The notes: generated by a model not told the origin, from the sequence alone. Numbered from the stretch's first letter, positions 9,064 to 19,108 are shown. The stretch is 64,000 nt of DNA from a virus (IMGVR_UViG_2802428829_000001:33105-97104); one strand, 5' to 3'. Numbers and translations: made by a program.

Positions 9064-9567
9064 ATGTACGAGGTCACGATCGAACACCCCGGCGTCGACG
9101 AGGAGCCGCTGTACACCTGCGCGAACGGTGGCGAACTGCGCAGCCTGGTCTACGGCGTGCACCGGGCACAGGGCCAGGAGGTCACCGAACACAACCAGGC
9201 CATGGCCGACATCGGCGCGCTGCGCTCTCGCGCCGACATCGAGGGCGTCGGCGTGCTCGACATCGGTCAGGTGAAGGTGCGCGTCAAACCGGCCGAGTAC
9301 GGCGAGTGGGCGTGCGAGGGGCACGACAGCCTGTACGCCGGGCTGGGGGAGACCGTGATCTGCGACGGGTCGTGCGTAGAGCGCCCGCGGTTCGACCGCG
9401 AGGCGCAGATCGCCCTGACCCTGGCGCTCGGCGACGCCGCGTTGGACGCCGCGGGTGGTTGCAGCGCGTGCGGGCTGGAGGCCGGGCAGATGTGCGTCGC
9501 GTGTGAGCGGTGCAACTGCGAGCGGCACGACGGATGCGAGCGGCCGGCGGCCGAGCCCGCGCGGTAG
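9064..9567 (+). CDS. Cys-rich hypothetical protein
   Basis: RBS GAGGA; CEGH..CDGSC and CSAC..CVACERCNC motifs. Confidence 0.75.
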   Translation: MYEVTIEHPGVDEEPLYTCANGGELRSLVYGVHRAQGQEVTEHNQAMADIGALRSRADIEGVGVLDIGQVKVRVKPAEYGEWACEGHDSLYAGLGETVICDGSCVERPRFDREAQIALTLALGDAALDAAGGCSACGLEAGQMCVACERCNCERHDGCERPAAEPAR

Positions 9568-9573
9568 GCCGCC

Positions 9574-9628
9574 GGACAGTCCAGGACGCCCTGTCCTCCC
9601 TGGTGGGGGACAGGGCGTCCTGCTGTCC
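9574..9628 (+). terminator. strong hairpin terminator
   Basis: 15-bp stem CAGGACGCCCTGTCC/GGACAGGGCGTCCTG. Confidence 0.75.
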
Positions 9629-9680
9629 GCAAGGGCTGCCCGATCTGCGCTCTTTGCCGATCCTTTGCGCATACCAGATA

Positions 9681-9717
9681 CCAAACTGGATTTACCAAAG
9701 TGTACTTTGGATAGGAT
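9681..9717 (+). promoter_or_regulatory. class-A operator/promoter
   Basis: CCAAAGT-GT-ACTTTGG palindrome followed by TAGGAT -10. Confidence 0.7.
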
Positions 9718-9762
9718 TCTGAATGTAACACCACAACACAAAGCGCAGCGAAAGGGACCGCG

Positions 9763-10110
9763 ATGAGCGCCACGGACACCACCGAACCGACCAGGTGCCG
9801 GAAGTGCCGTCGACCCCTCCGCCACGCGAGCACGGACGGGCTCGGCCCGAAGTGCCGCCGGAACGTACGACGCGCGAACCGCGAGAACCGCGCCCGCTAC
9901 CAGGGCTGGCAGGTCGCCAAGGCGGCCGAACTGCTGGAGCTGGGCGCGATCGTGCCGCTCCGCAAGACCAGCCGCACCCGCGTGTTCCTCGTCGTCAGCG
10001 ACGACGGCACCGAGATCTACCGGACCGCCGCCTCCGGCCAATGCAACTGCCCCGCCGGCCTGCGCGGCATCCGCTGCTACCACGGCGCGGCGGCAGCCGC
10101 CGCGGCCTGA
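9763..10110 (+). CDS. DUF6011-like plus SWIM zinc-finger protein
   Basis: CRKCRRPL...GLGPKC; CNCPAG...CYH. Confidence 0.7.
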   Translation: MSATDTTEPTRCRKCRRPLRHASTDGLGPKCRRNVRRANRENRARYQGWQVAKAAELLELGAIVPLRKTSRTRVFLVVSDDGTEIYRTAASGQCNCPAGLRGIRCYHGAAAAAAA

Positions 10111-10135
10111 CCGAACTCCCAGGGAGGACAGCACC

Positions 10136-10786
10136 ATGAACGGCCACACGAAGGCAGCCACCCGCGCACGCCTCCTCGCCAAGCTGATCCGGGGCCGCGC
10201 CGATAGCCACCCCCGGCGCCGCGCCTTGCTCGCCGCCGTCCGCCACCTGCACGACGCCACCGCAGACCTCCTCGACGCCGCTGACACCGAGGGCATGCCG
10301 GAGGCAGGCGACGCCTCGATCAGCGCCGCGTGCCGCGCGCTGATGACCACCGGCACCGACCTACCCCCCGTGCTCCTGCGCTACGTCACCGACCCGGTCA
10401 CCGGTTCCTGCCCGGGGTTGCCCGAACTGGACCTGGTCCACCCGACGTTCCGCTACCGGGCCCGCGACCTGCGCGCCCGTCACCTGTACGTGATCGAGAT
10501 GGGCCACCTCGACAGCCAGGACGAGGACGTGGTCCTGGCCGCGCTCGGCGCACTGCTCGACCTGCACCGCGAGTGGGACCGGCTCACCGAGGACGCCCGC
10601 GACGAGCTGCGGCGCGACCGCACCCGGCCCGTGGTCTACCGCACCCACGACGGTCGCCGCTCCGCCGAGCACCTGCGCGGCCACCTGACCGTGTTCGACG
10701 GCACCCGCGTCATCGCCTCCCTGGACGTGCCCGAGCACACCGCGCCCGGCGACGTCTGGCAGCTCATCAACCAGGCCGCGGCCTGA
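10136..10786 (+). CDS. hypothetical protein
   Basis: GGAGG RBS, 216 aa, strong GC3 bias. Confidence 0.75.
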   Translation: MNGHTKAATRARLLAKLIRGRADSHPRRRALLAAVRHLHDATADLLDAADTEGMPEAGDASISAACRALMTTGTDLPPVLLRYVTDPVTGSCPGLPELDLVHPTFRYRARDLRARHLYVIEMGHLDSQDEDVVLAALGALLDLHREWDRLTEDARDELRRDRTRPVVYRTHDGRRSAEHLRGHLTVFDGTRVIASLDVPEHTAPGDVWQLINQAAA

Positions 10787-10853
10787 ACCCGAAGGAAGGG
10801 GGCCGCGACGCCCGCAGTGTTCCGCCCCCACCGAGAAGAGAACGGAAGCCGAC

Positions 10854-11750
10854 ATGCCCATCTATCTGCGAGCACCCGAGGCGCCGGCCGGCGGCCCCGA
10901 CGGGAAAGGCTGGAACCGCCTGAGCCTCAACGCTCACTTCGGCCTTCCGGCCCAGTGCGCACTGCGCCCCCGACGCTGGGGCGCGCTCCTGGAGTCCCAG
11001 GACACACGCCGGGCTCGATGGGGCGGCTTCGGTCCCTGCGTGAACCGAGGGAGTTGCGACGACTGCCCTGTCACGAAGGCACTGGACGAGCGGTGCACCG
11101 TCGTACCGGTGAACGCGCCGCGGGTTCTGGTGCGGGTCGAGCCGATCTTCGCGTCCGACACGCTGTTCGGCGGCCCGGACGGATACAGGCTGTGGGTCAC
11201 AACCGGGCCCGAAGACCGGAACTACCGCAACGGACAGCCCTGGACCTGGGACGACGCTGTGCGCGTCCGCGGCTGGGACCTGGGCCGCCCGTACCTGGAC
11301 GAGCACGGTGAGGGCTTCTGGCTGGAACGCACGGCGCGCGTCCCCGCCCTCGGCTGCGTCATCACCAGCCGCCCTCGCTCCTCCTCTACCAGGCACGCGT
11401 TCCGGGTGGACGCCTGCGGGGTCGCCCTCCTCCACTGCGCCGGCGGGTGCAGCCACGACACCGAGCTGCTGAACGCCATCTCGCATGCCTGCCCCGGCCC
11501 GGACGGTGCCAACGAGGAGCGCGTACCGGTCCGATGGACGCAGGCGCCGGAGATGACGCCACCGCCCACCGGCCGCTTCCGGATCCACGTCGACGTGCGC
11601 CCCATGAGCGTCGTGATCAGCGTCGTGGAGAGCGATCGGCGCGAACGGGCCCGACTGACGCTCACCGGTTCCGGGTGGACGGCTGAGCGTGTGCGAGCAG
11701 CCGGCGAGGCGCTCTGCATGCTGGCTGCCCCGGCCCAGGCGACCGCATGA
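10854..11750 (+). CDS. hypothetical protein (Cys-containing)
   Basis: 298 aa in the operon, purine-rich leader. Confidence 0.7.
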   Translation: MPIYLRAPEAPAGGPDGKGWNRLSLNAHFGLPAQCALRPRRWGALLESQDTRRARWGGFGPCVNRGSCDDCPVTKALDERCTVVPVNAPRVLVRVEPIFASDTLFGGPDGYRLWVTTGPEDRNYRNGQPWTWDDAVRVRGWDLGRPYLDEHGEGFWLERTARVPALGCVITSRPRSSSTRHAFRVDACGVALLHCAGGCSHDTELLNAISHACPGPDGANEERVPVRWTQAPEMTPPPTGRFRIHVDVRPMSVVISVVESDRRERARLTLTGSGWTAERVRAAGEALCMLAAPAQATA

Positions 11751-11879
11751 ACGTGACCGGACACGCCCGGGCATGTCCCGGGGCGTGTCCGGGCGCTGCC
11801 CGGACAGTCGGCCGGACAGCCGCGCTACCTGCGCGGACATCGTCCAGACACATCCCCAACTCACCGACGGAAGACCCAG

Positions 11880-11975
11880 ATGGTCCCGTCCCCGCCCACG
11901 GCCCGCTCCGGCCACGTCTACGTGGTGCCCTGCGCCCGGAAGAAGCTCGACCGGGCGGCACCAGCGCTCGACGTG
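11880..11975 (+). pseudogene. truncated DUF6884-like N-terminus
   Basis: HVYVVPCARKKLDRAAPALDV, after which the frame runs antisense into regulator B. Confidence 0.4.
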
Positions 11976-12020
11976 AGGCGGGCAGTCGTCGTGTTTGGTG
12001 GTCGTGGCCGGGGTGGCGGG

Positions 12021-12308
12021 TCAGGAGTCGGGCTTGACCTTGCGACGGGGGCCGGCCTGCCGCGAGTGGCCCTGGATGATGTCGCTGACCCTCTGGGGTT
12101 TGCAGTTGATGTGCTGGGCGATTTCGTCACGGCTGTGGGTGGCTCGCAATTCGGCGACGACGCGGGCTCGCTGGGTCTTCAGCCACCGCTGCAATTCGGG
12201 GACGGCCTCCAACGCTCTTGTCAGAGCGGCGGCCTGATCGAGCGTCGGCTCGCCCTCGACCAGGCGGACGATGTCGGCGAACTGCTGGGGAGGCTTGGCG
12301 TGATCCAT
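12021..12308 (-). CDS. HTH regulator B (probably leaderless)
   Basis: RARVVAELRATHSRDEIAQHINCKPQRVSDIIQG HTH; ATG 6 nt after TATCCT. Confidence 0.7.
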   Translation of the reverse strand: MDHAKPPQQFADIVRLVEGEPTLDQAAALTRALEAVPELQRWLKTQRARVVAELRATHSRDEIAQHINCKPQRVSDIIQGHSRQAGPRRKVKPDS

Positions 12309-12318
12309 AAGACCAGGA

Positions 12319-12334
12319 TAGTGGGTCCCCAATA
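12319..12334 (-). promoter_or_regulatory. class-B operator overlapping the regulator B promoter
   Basis: TATTGGGGACCCACTA (minus strand) matches TATTGGGTACCCAATA at 14/16. Confidence 0.65.
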
Positions 12335-12404
12335 ACCGTGGCAATCGGTGTCTGAGTCGTGTTTTCGCAGGTCAATGGACCGATATTCCGCCGCGATCCA
12401 GGTT

Positions 12405-12441
12405 CCAAAATGTGGTTTCCAAAGTTGATTTATGGAATGAT
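12405..12441 (+). promoter_or_regulatory. class-A operator/promoter
   Basis: CCAAAATGTGGTTTCCAAA is identical to 7436-7454. Confidence 0.7.
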
Positions 12442-12485
12442 TTAAGTAGATCAACAAGAACACCCCGAAAAGAAAAGGACACGAA

Positions 12486-13148
12486 ATGGACGCCGCAACC
12501 GCCCTCAAGCGCCTCACCTACTACGCCGAGATCCGCATCGAGGACGACGAGAAGGCGCGCAGGGAACTGGCCGCCGCGCTCGCGAACGAACCCGCCACCG
12601 AACTGTCCGCCCAGATTGAGTCCGCACTCACGGCATCCGCGATCGCGAAGCCCTGGCGCCAGCTCATGAAGCGCATGGAGCGCTACGGCGTACGCGACGG
12701 CCTGATCTTGGAGCAGGGCAACGCGGTGGACTCCCTGCTCTCCCACGGGATGACCATGAGCACCAGCCCGGTCCGCACCGCGGCATGGTTCGCCGAGCAG
12801 GAAGGCCTGCGCCGCTTCCTCAGCGACATCGACGGGATCGAGGTCGACGAGGACGAGCCCGCATCCGACGACGCTCGGATTCACAACGCCGTGTTCGCCA
12901 GCGCGGTCCACGGCACGTGGAAGGAAACGAACCTCGGCGCCATCACCGAGGTCAACGGTGCCGGCTACACGTGGACCGTGAACCTGCCGCACTCCGAGCG
13001 CGACGACCAGGGCCAGAAGATCCCGGCCAAGGCACGGATCACCGGCCGCTCCGGCTTCGGCGGCGACGAGTTCTTGGACATCGAAGCCACTGTGACGCAG
13101 ACGGTGGCGATCGTCGACGCGGTCATGGCCACCCGCCGCAACCGCTGA
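12486..13148 (+). CDS. hypothetical protein
   Basis: AAAGGA RBS, 220 aa. Confidence 0.75.
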   Translation: MDAATALKRLTYYAEIRIEDDEKARRELAAALANEPATELSAQIESALTASAIAKPWRQLMKRMERYGVRDGLILEQGNAVDSLLSHGMTMSTSPVRTAAWFAEQEGLRRFLSDIDGIEVDEDEPASDDARIHNAVFASAVHGTWKETNLGAITEVNGAGYTWTVNLPHSERDDQGQKIPAKARITGRSGFGGDEFLDIEATVTQTVAIVDAVMATRRNR

Positions 13149-13212
13149 CGACCAGACCAGGGCGGGACCGGCCGGTCCCGCCCTCACCCTGCCCCGAGAA
13201 GGGAGATCCCGC

Positions 13213-13662
13213 ATGCCCCCACGTCGGCTCACCCACGAGCAGGCCCAGCAACTCGGCGAGGCCACCGGCAAGATCGCCGCGCTCGCGGCGAAGGCCCTCC
13301 ATCACACGTGGCCGCACCTGGACCTGGAGGCCCTGGTCGAGCTGTTCACCCGGGACAGCGCGCTGGAGATGATCGCCGTCACCTACCTCGACGGGCTCGA
13401 CCGCGGCCGCACGCCGGGCGAGGCGGCCGGCGACGCGGGCACCGCCCTGATCCGCGTATGGGCGGACGCGCGGCTGGGCGCCCGCGCCCAGCTCGACGCG
13501 CAGCGCGCGGACGACCCGGCCACCGAACCGCGCGTCGTCTGCGGCTGCGGCATCTCCGTCCACGACAACGACGACGCGCGCCAAGGGCACGCGGATTACT
13601 GGCACTCCGAGGCGAACCCCGCCGTGTGGGGACCGCCGGTGATCCCCGGTCGGGCCGTCTGA
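13213..13662 (+). CDS. hypothetical protein
   Basis: GGGAG RBS, 149 aa, C-terminal CGC..H..H. Confidence 0.7.
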   Translation: MPPRRLTHEQAQQLGEATGKIAALAAKALHHTWPHLDLEALVELFTRDSALEMIAVTYLDGLDRGRTPGEAAGDAGTALIRVWADARLGARAQLDAQRADDPATEPRVVCGCGISVHDNDDARQGHADYWHSEANPAVWGPPVIPGRAV

Positions 13663-13699
13663 CCGGCGGCCCGCCATCCAACAGAGAGGAGGTCGCCGC

Positions 13700-15109
13700 A
13701 TGGCGACCATCACGATCACGCACAGCCGAGCCGAGGGAACCCTGATCGAGGGCTCCGTGAAGGGAGACGGCGTCTGGGAGGTCGTCCGGCAGCACCGATT
13801 CCGCCCGTCCCGCATGGTCGGCCTGTACCTGCCGCACTCCCGCGACCGCGAGGCCGACACGTGGCGGATCAACAGGGCGAAGGCCGCGCTGGAGGAGGCC
13901 GGGCACACCGTGACCGTCGAGATCGACGAGGAGACGCGGAGGACCTTCGCCGAGGCCGAAGCCGACCGCGTCGAGCGCGCCGCCGACCGCGCCGATCGGT
14001 TCAGCGGCTACGCCGACAACGCGGCCCGGTCCTCGGACGCCCGCCGCAAGAAGGCCGACGACATCTCAAGGCGCTTCGAGTTCGGGCAGCCGATCCTCGT
14101 CGGGCACCACAGCGAGAGGCGGGCCCGCAGGGACCAGGAGCGCATCTACGACAACATGCACCGGTCGTTCGAGGACGCGGACCGTGCCGGACACTTCCAG
14201 AACCGGGCGGACGCGGCCGAGCGGTACGAGGAGCACCGCAACAACCCGTACCGGACGATGCGGCGCCTGGAGAAGCTGCGCGCCGAACTGCGGGCCGAGC
14301 AGCGCCGCCACGGCTGCGCCGACGGCACGGAGCACCCGGTGTCCGACCGGCATGCGCGGGAGGTCCGTGACCTGACAGAGGAGATCGAGTATTGGGAGGA
14401 GCTGATCGCCAAGGCCGAAGCGGACGGCGTGAAAATCTGGCGGCCCGACGACTTCGCCCCCGGGGACTTCGCGCTGCTCCGCGGTGACTGGTACCAGGTG
14501 GCCCGGGTCAACCCCAAGACGCTGTCGATCGCGTGGAACCTGCGGCTGGTGCCGACGCCGGTGATGACGCTGGAGGACGCCACGGATGAGGACGGGCGGG
14601 TCGGGACGCATACCGCCGACTACAGCGACGTACGCGCACGCTGCCCCGAGGAGGCGATGCGCGACTGCCTCGCCGACGGCAAGGTGCCCGGCACCCGGTC
14701 GGCCCGCGCGGCGTCGGCGGCGGCCCCGGCAGAGGACATCCGCCGGGCGCAGGCCGAGGCGAAGAAGGCCAGGCCGAAGGTGAAGAAGAAGCGCAGCGAC
14801 CCGAAGATCCCGAAGCGTTTGCAGGTGAGGTGCAAGGTCGGCGACGGTGAGGCCACGCTGACGTGGCTGAACGGAAACAGCCAGCCGCACCCCGACCACG
14901 AGCCGGAGACGCTGACCGCCCCGGAGGGGGAGAAGTACCGCCGGGCGACGTGGTCGCGGAACCTGCGGGCGCAGGTGGACGAGCTGCTGGCCGAGCGTGG
15001 ATACGTACGCACCGGGGAGTTCATGCCCCGCCAGGGTGGGGCCGGGGTCGTCACGATCGAGCCGGCTCCGGCCAAGGGCGGCGAGCCGAAGCAGATGGAG
15101 CTGTCGTGA
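13700..15109 (+). CDS. DUF3560-domain protein
   Basis: FGQPILVGHHSERRARRD signature. Confidence 0.85.
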   Translation: MATITITHSRAEGTLIEGSVKGDGVWEVVRQHRFRPSRMVGLYLPHSRDREADTWRINRAKAALEEAGHTVTVEIDEETRRTFAEAEADRVERAADRADRFSGYADNAARSSDARRKKADDISRRFEFGQPILVGHHSERRARRDQERIYDNMHRSFEDADRAGHFQNRADAAERYEEHRNNPYRTMRRLEKLRAELRAEQRRHGCADGTEHPVSDRHAREVRDLTEEIEYWEELIAKAEADGVKIWRPDDFAPGDFALLRGDWYQVARVNPKTLSIAWNLRLVPTPVMTLEDATDEDGRVGTHTADYSDVRARCPEEAMRDCLADGKVPGTRSARAASAAAPAEDIRRAQAEAKKARPKVKKKRSDPKIPKRLQVRCKVGDGEATLTWLNGNSQPHPDHEPETLTAPEGEKYRRATWSRNLRAQVDELLAERGYVRTGEFMPRQGGAGVVTIEPAPAKGGEPKQMELS

Positions 15110-15230
15110 TCGACTTCTCCGGCGTGGCTGGCTATCCCGGACAAGGCTGAGGAGCGGGGCCCATGTCCGGACGGTAGGCGTCTGACCTGCGAATTCTCTT
15201 CGATTTTCGCGGAATCCCCTCTGTACGAGG

Positions 15231-15255
15231 TATTGGGTACCCAATAGAGTTGATC
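15231..15255 (+). promoter_or_regulatory. class-B operator (perfect 16-bp palindrome) overlapping TAGAGT -10
   Basis: TATTGGGTACCCAATA-GAGTTGATC. Confidence 0.8.
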
Positions 15256-15296
15256 TTGTTCAACCCTCCAACAACCCTGACAGGAAGGGCTGCGAA

Positions 15297-15554
15297 GTGA
15301 ACGTCTGCGAGGAGATGGAACTGATCGCCGGAGCGGGCGACGCGGACGACGCGCTGGACCTGATGCGGCGCGTCGCCCGCGCCGGCAAGACCCCTCTGGC
15401 CGTCGCCATTCGGCGGACGGTCCAGGGCGGCCAGCTCGACAGCGAAGCGCTGCTGCGCCTCGCAGAGGAGACCCGGCGACAGAACGAGCGCCAGACGCGG
15501 GAGTGCTACCGCCTGCTGGCCGCCTTCACGGCCGCCACCGGCCTCCGCTACTGA
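15297..15554 (+). CDS. hypothetical protein
   Basis: 85 aa directly after the promoter. Confidence 0.65.
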   Translation: MNVCEEMELIAGAGDADDALDLMRRVARAGKTPLAVAIRRTVQGGQLDSEALLRLAEETRRQNERQTRECYRLLAAFTAATGLRY

Positions 15555-15589
15555 CCCGTCTTCGACCACCCGAGAGAACAGGACGACAC

Positions 15590-15913
15590 GTGATCACCTT
15601 CGACGACCTCGTGAAGATCGGCCGAGACGCCCAGCCCGACCGCGACGGCCAGGAGTGCGGGATCTGCCGGGCCGAGCCCGGAGAGCCGTGCGGTGTCGAG
15701 TGCGACAAGCGGGGCGAACTGGCCAAGCGCAGCGTGGGGGAGCTGGTGATCAACCTGACCAACGAGCAGTTCGAGGAGCTGCTGGCCGTCGCGCGCGAGC
15801 GCCAGGAGCGCGACGACCAGACGCCCGGCTCCTTCTGGGCCTGGCTCGCGGTCGACGAGGAGGCCATGGCCCGGCCCTCGCTCTCCGACCACCAGCGGAA
15901 CTACCGGATCTGA
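15590..15913 (+). CDS. hypothetical protein (CxxC..C zinc ribbon)
   Basis: GTG start; CGICRAEPGEPC. Confidence 0.65.
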   Translation: MITFDDLVKIGRDAQPDRDGQECGICRAEPGEPCGVECDKRGELAKRSVGELVINLTNEQFEELLAVARERQERDDQTPGSFWAWLAVDEEAMARPSLSDHQRNYRI

Positions 15914-15967
15914 CTGCCCTCGTAGCCGCACACCACCCGACCGCCCTCATACCCGAGAGGACAGGCG

Positions 15968-17134
15968 ATGACCGCCACCCCCGAGACGAAGCAGCCCGCC
16001 CCGAAGAAGGCCGCCGCCAGCAGGACCGCGGGCAAGTCCCCGGCTCGGCCGAAGAAGGCCGCCGAGCCGAAGAAGGCCGGCAAGCGCCGCAGCGAGATCG
16101 CCGAGCAGGCCAAGGAGAGTGCCCCGCCGGTACGCACGGTCCTCAAGCGCATCCGGGTCGACCGCATCGACCCCGACCCGGACCAGCCGCGCAAGTACTT
16201 CGACCCGGTGAAGCTGGACGAGCTTGCCGAGTCGATCAAGCAGATCGGGCTCCAGCAGGCCATCAGCGTGCGGTACGACGCGGCCAGCCGCCGGTACACG
16301 CTGCTGATGGGCGAGCGCCGGTGGCGGGCGGTGAAGCTCGCGGGCCTGACCGAGGTGAACGCCCTTGTGCAGCAGGGCCTGGAGGCCGGCGACCGCACGA
16401 TCCTGATGCGCGCGGTCGCCGAGAACGTCGGCCGTCAGGACATGACCGAGCTGGAGGAGGCCAAGGCCTTCCAGCGGCTGGTCGAGAAGAACGGCTACAC
16501 GCTCGACGAAGTGGCCGCGGGCGTCGGCCGGTCCACCGCCTACGTCGGCTGGCGCATTGACCTCCTCAAGCTGTGCCCGGACGCGCAGGACGCGATGGCC
16601 AAGGGGCACCTGCCCTCCGCGCTCGCCTGGTACGTCTCCAAGCTCAGCGTCCCCAATCAGACCCGGTTCCTGGCGCGCTACGCCCGTGGCGACTTCCCCA
16701 GCACCCGGGACGCGGAGAGCTTCGTCAACGCCTGCCGCGCCGAGGAGGAGCGCCGCACCGCGCAGGGCAGCTTCTTCGTCCTCGCCGACGAGACCGCCGA
16801 ACCCGGCGGCGGCAGCGGGCAGGACGCGCTGCCCGGCGCGCACGACCTGCCCGACGACGAGCGCGAGCAGATCATCGCCGCCCGGACCCGACTGACCAAG
16901 CGCGTCGACAAGCTCAGCACCGCCGGCGAAATCCTCTCGGAGCTGGTCGCCGCCGACGCGGACGAACTGGCCGTGCTCCTGGCCGCAGCCCCGGGCGGCG
17001 TCGCCGGGTACCGCCAGCGCATCGAGCACCTGCGGGACCTCACCACCAAGGCGATCAAGAACCTGCGGGACGCGCAGAGCATCGCCGCGGTCCGCGCGGG
17101 CGCCATCGAGATCAACCCCGAGGCCACGTCCTGA
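15968..17134 (+). CDS. ParB/Spo0J family protein
   Basis: PDQPRKYF..LAESIKQIGLQQAI..GERRWRA..ENVGRQDM..HTH. Confidence 0.9.
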   Translation: MTATPETKQPAPKKAAASRTAGKSPARPKKAAEPKKAGKRRSEIAEQAKESAPPVRTVLKRIRVDRIDPDPDQPRKYFDPVKLDELAESIKQIGLQQAISVRYDAASRRYTLLMGERRWRAVKLAGLTEVNALVQQGLEAGDRTILMRAVAENVGRQDMTELEEAKAFQRLVEKNGYTLDEVAAGVGRSTAYVGWRIDLLKLCPDAQDAMAKGHLPSALAWYVSKLSVPNQTRFLARYARGDFPSTRDAESFVNACRAEEERRTAQGSFFVLADETAEPGGGSGQDALPGAHDLPDDEREQIIAARTRLTKRVDKLSTAGEILSELVAADADELAVLLAAAPGGVAGYRQRIEHLRDLTTKAIKNLRDAQSIAAVRAGAIEINPEATS

Positions 17135-17195
17135 CATCCCGCGACGCCGGGGCGGCCCGACTCCGCCCCGGCCCAACCCTGCACCTGGAGGTGCC

Positions 17196-18026
17196 ATGCA
17201 GTTCCCGCCCGACGTGCTGCGCGTGCTCACCGACCCGCGCACGATCATCCGCGACGACCGGGTGATGGTCCCCTTCCAGTTCGAGCTGGAGGTGTGGAGG
17301 CGAATGAACCTGATCCTGAAGGAGATGGGCGGCAGGTGGGACAACCGCAAGTCGATCCGCGCGCACGTCTTCCCGTACAGGATCGAGGAGTTCATGCGGC
17401 AGTGCCTCACGGCCGGCGAGTACCCGACCCGGACCGAGCAGGGCTGGTTCCCGACCCCGCCGAGCCTGGTCATGCAGGTCTGCGACCTGGCAGGGATCTA
17501 CGCCGGTATGACCGTGCTGGAGCCATCGGCCGGGGCGGGAGCGCTGACCGCCGAGATCGCCCGGCGCGGCGGGGTGGTGGACGCTGTCGAGCTGGACGAG
17601 CGGCGTGCGGGGGTCCTGCGCTCCCAGAACGACGTGCGGACCGTGACGCGCGCCAACTTCCTCGACCTGGACCCGCTGGACCTCGCCGAGCCGTACCACC
17701 GGATCGTGATGAACCCGCCGTTCTCCGGAGGGCTCGACCACATCCGGCACGCGGTGGGATTCATGGCCGACGACGGGATTCTCGTCTCGGTCATGTCCAA
17801 CGGACTGATGTGGTGGAGCGACAAGGAGACCGTCGCGTTCCGTGAGCTGGTCGACGAGGTCGGCGGCGATATCCAGGCCCTGCCGGACGACACGTTCGCA
17901 GTGTGCGGGAAGGAGGGGGTCCGTACGTGCCTGCTGTTCCTGCCGGGCTACGCGGGCAGCCGCCTGCCGACGCACGAGTGGCTGATGCGGCAGCCGCGGC
18001 AGCTCGACCTGTTCGGCGCAGCGTGA
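17196..18026 (+). CDS. SAM-dependent amino (N6A/N4C) DNA methyltransferase-like
   Basis: FPTP, VLEPSAGAG (motif I), IVMNPPF (motif IV). Confidence 0.8.
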   Translation: MQFPPDVLRVLTDPRTIIRDDRVMVPFQFELEVWRRMNLILKEMGGRWDNRKSIRAHVFPYRIEEFMRQCLTAGEYPTRTEQGWFPTPPSLVMQVCDLAGIYAGMTVLEPSAGAGALTAEIARRGGVVDAVELDERRAGVLRSQNDVRTVTRANFLDLDPLDLAEPYHRIVMNPPFSGGLDHIRHAVGFMADDGILVSVMSNGLMWWSDKETVAFRELVDEVGGDIQALPDDTFAVCGKEGVRTCLLFLPGYAGSRLPTHEWLMRQPRQLDLFGAA

Positions 18027-18062
18027 TCTCCGGAACTTCAGGGGCTGTTCCGCTGATCGACA

Positions 18063-18087
18063 TATTGGGTACCCAATAGAATTGATC
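18063..18087 (+). promoter_or_regulatory. class-B operator overlapping TAGAAT -10
   Basis: TATTGGGTACCCAATA-GAATTGATC. Confidence 0.8.
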
Positions 18088-18152
18088 ACGGAATATGGCT
18101 ACACCCCCGGCCCGCCCGGGCCGGGGGAGCACAACGAGAAGGCGAGAGCAGC

Positions 18153-18581
18153 GTGATCCAACAGATCAAGTTGGCGACCTGCACGTACCAGGAATTCACC
18201 CCCACCATGGGCACCCCCGTGCGCACCACCGCGGGTCACCCGCGATTCCCCCTCACCTACCAGCTCGGCGGCATCGCGCGCTCCGTGACGCCCACACGGG
18301 ATCTGCTGAAGATCGAAGCCGAGGACGCGTACGAGTGGGCGTACCGGCGGCTGCTGGCCGCGCGGGGACTCGACACGATCCGCGAGGAACTGACGGCCAT
18401 CGCCGGAGTGAACGACCTCGACAGTCCGCTGGTCCTGCTGTGCTTCGACAAGCTCAGCAAGCCCGGCAACTGGTGCCACCGCACCATGTTCGCCCGCTGG
18501 TGGACCGAGGAGACCGGCGAGCCGGTGCCCGAGCTGGGCGCCTCGCCCGCGTCGAGTCCGGCGCCGCCATCCCTGTTCTGA
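18153..18581 (+). CDS. DUF488-like protein
   Basis: P..LL..Y...Y..LVLLCFD..WCHR motif. Confidence 0.65.
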   Translation: MIQQIKLATCTYQEFTPTMGTPVRTTAGHPRFPLTYQLGGIARSVTPTRDLLKIEAEDAYEWAYRRLLAARGLDTIREELTAIAGVNDLDSPLVLLCFDKLSKPGNWCHRTMFARWWTEETGEPVPELGASPASSPAPPSLF

Positions 18582-18659
18582 CGACACCATCCGACCCCCG
18601 GGGCGGGCTGGCACGGACAGTGCCGGACCCGCCCCGACCCATGAGCGAAGGGAGAGACC

Positions 18660-19094
18660 GTGCACCGCGTCATGGTCAGCAACAAGGACAAGGCCCCCTA
18701 TCCGGCATTCGTCGACCCGGACGAGCGCGACGACGAGGGATGGGTGAACCCGCACTTCGACCTGGACACCGTGCGGGACCTGGCCGCGAACACACAGGCC
18801 GCCGCTGAAAAGCTCGGGCACTTCGCCGTCAACACCGTGCACGTCGTCGACGGCGACCCGGACGACGAGCCGCCCGCGCTGGTCATCGTCGTGAACTGGC
18901 TGGAAGCCGGATACAAGGGCGCCGCCGAGGCCGTCACGATCGTCGAGCCGATCCGCCACCGCGAGGGCGACGACCAGGACGACGCCCCCGACGCCGGCGA
19001 GCGCCTGTGGCCGGTCGGCGGCTTCGCCTGGCGCTGGTTCGTGACTGGCCCCGACCACATCCACCCGCAGCCCCCGCACCGGCCCGAGCAGTAG
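18660..19094 (+). CDS. hypothetical protein, paralog of the N-terminus of the next gene
   Basis: YPAFVDP..GWVNPHF..W.VGG..W.W. Confidence 0.75.
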   Translation: MHRVMVSNKDKAPYPAFVDPDERDDEGWVNPHFDLDTVRDLAANTQAAAEKLGHFAVNTVHVVDGDPDDEPPALVIVVNWLEAGYKGAAEAVTIVEPIRHREGDDQDDAPDAGERLWPVGGFAWRWFVTGPDHIHPQPPHRPEQ

Positions 19095-19108
19095 AAGCCG
19101 GGCCACCA

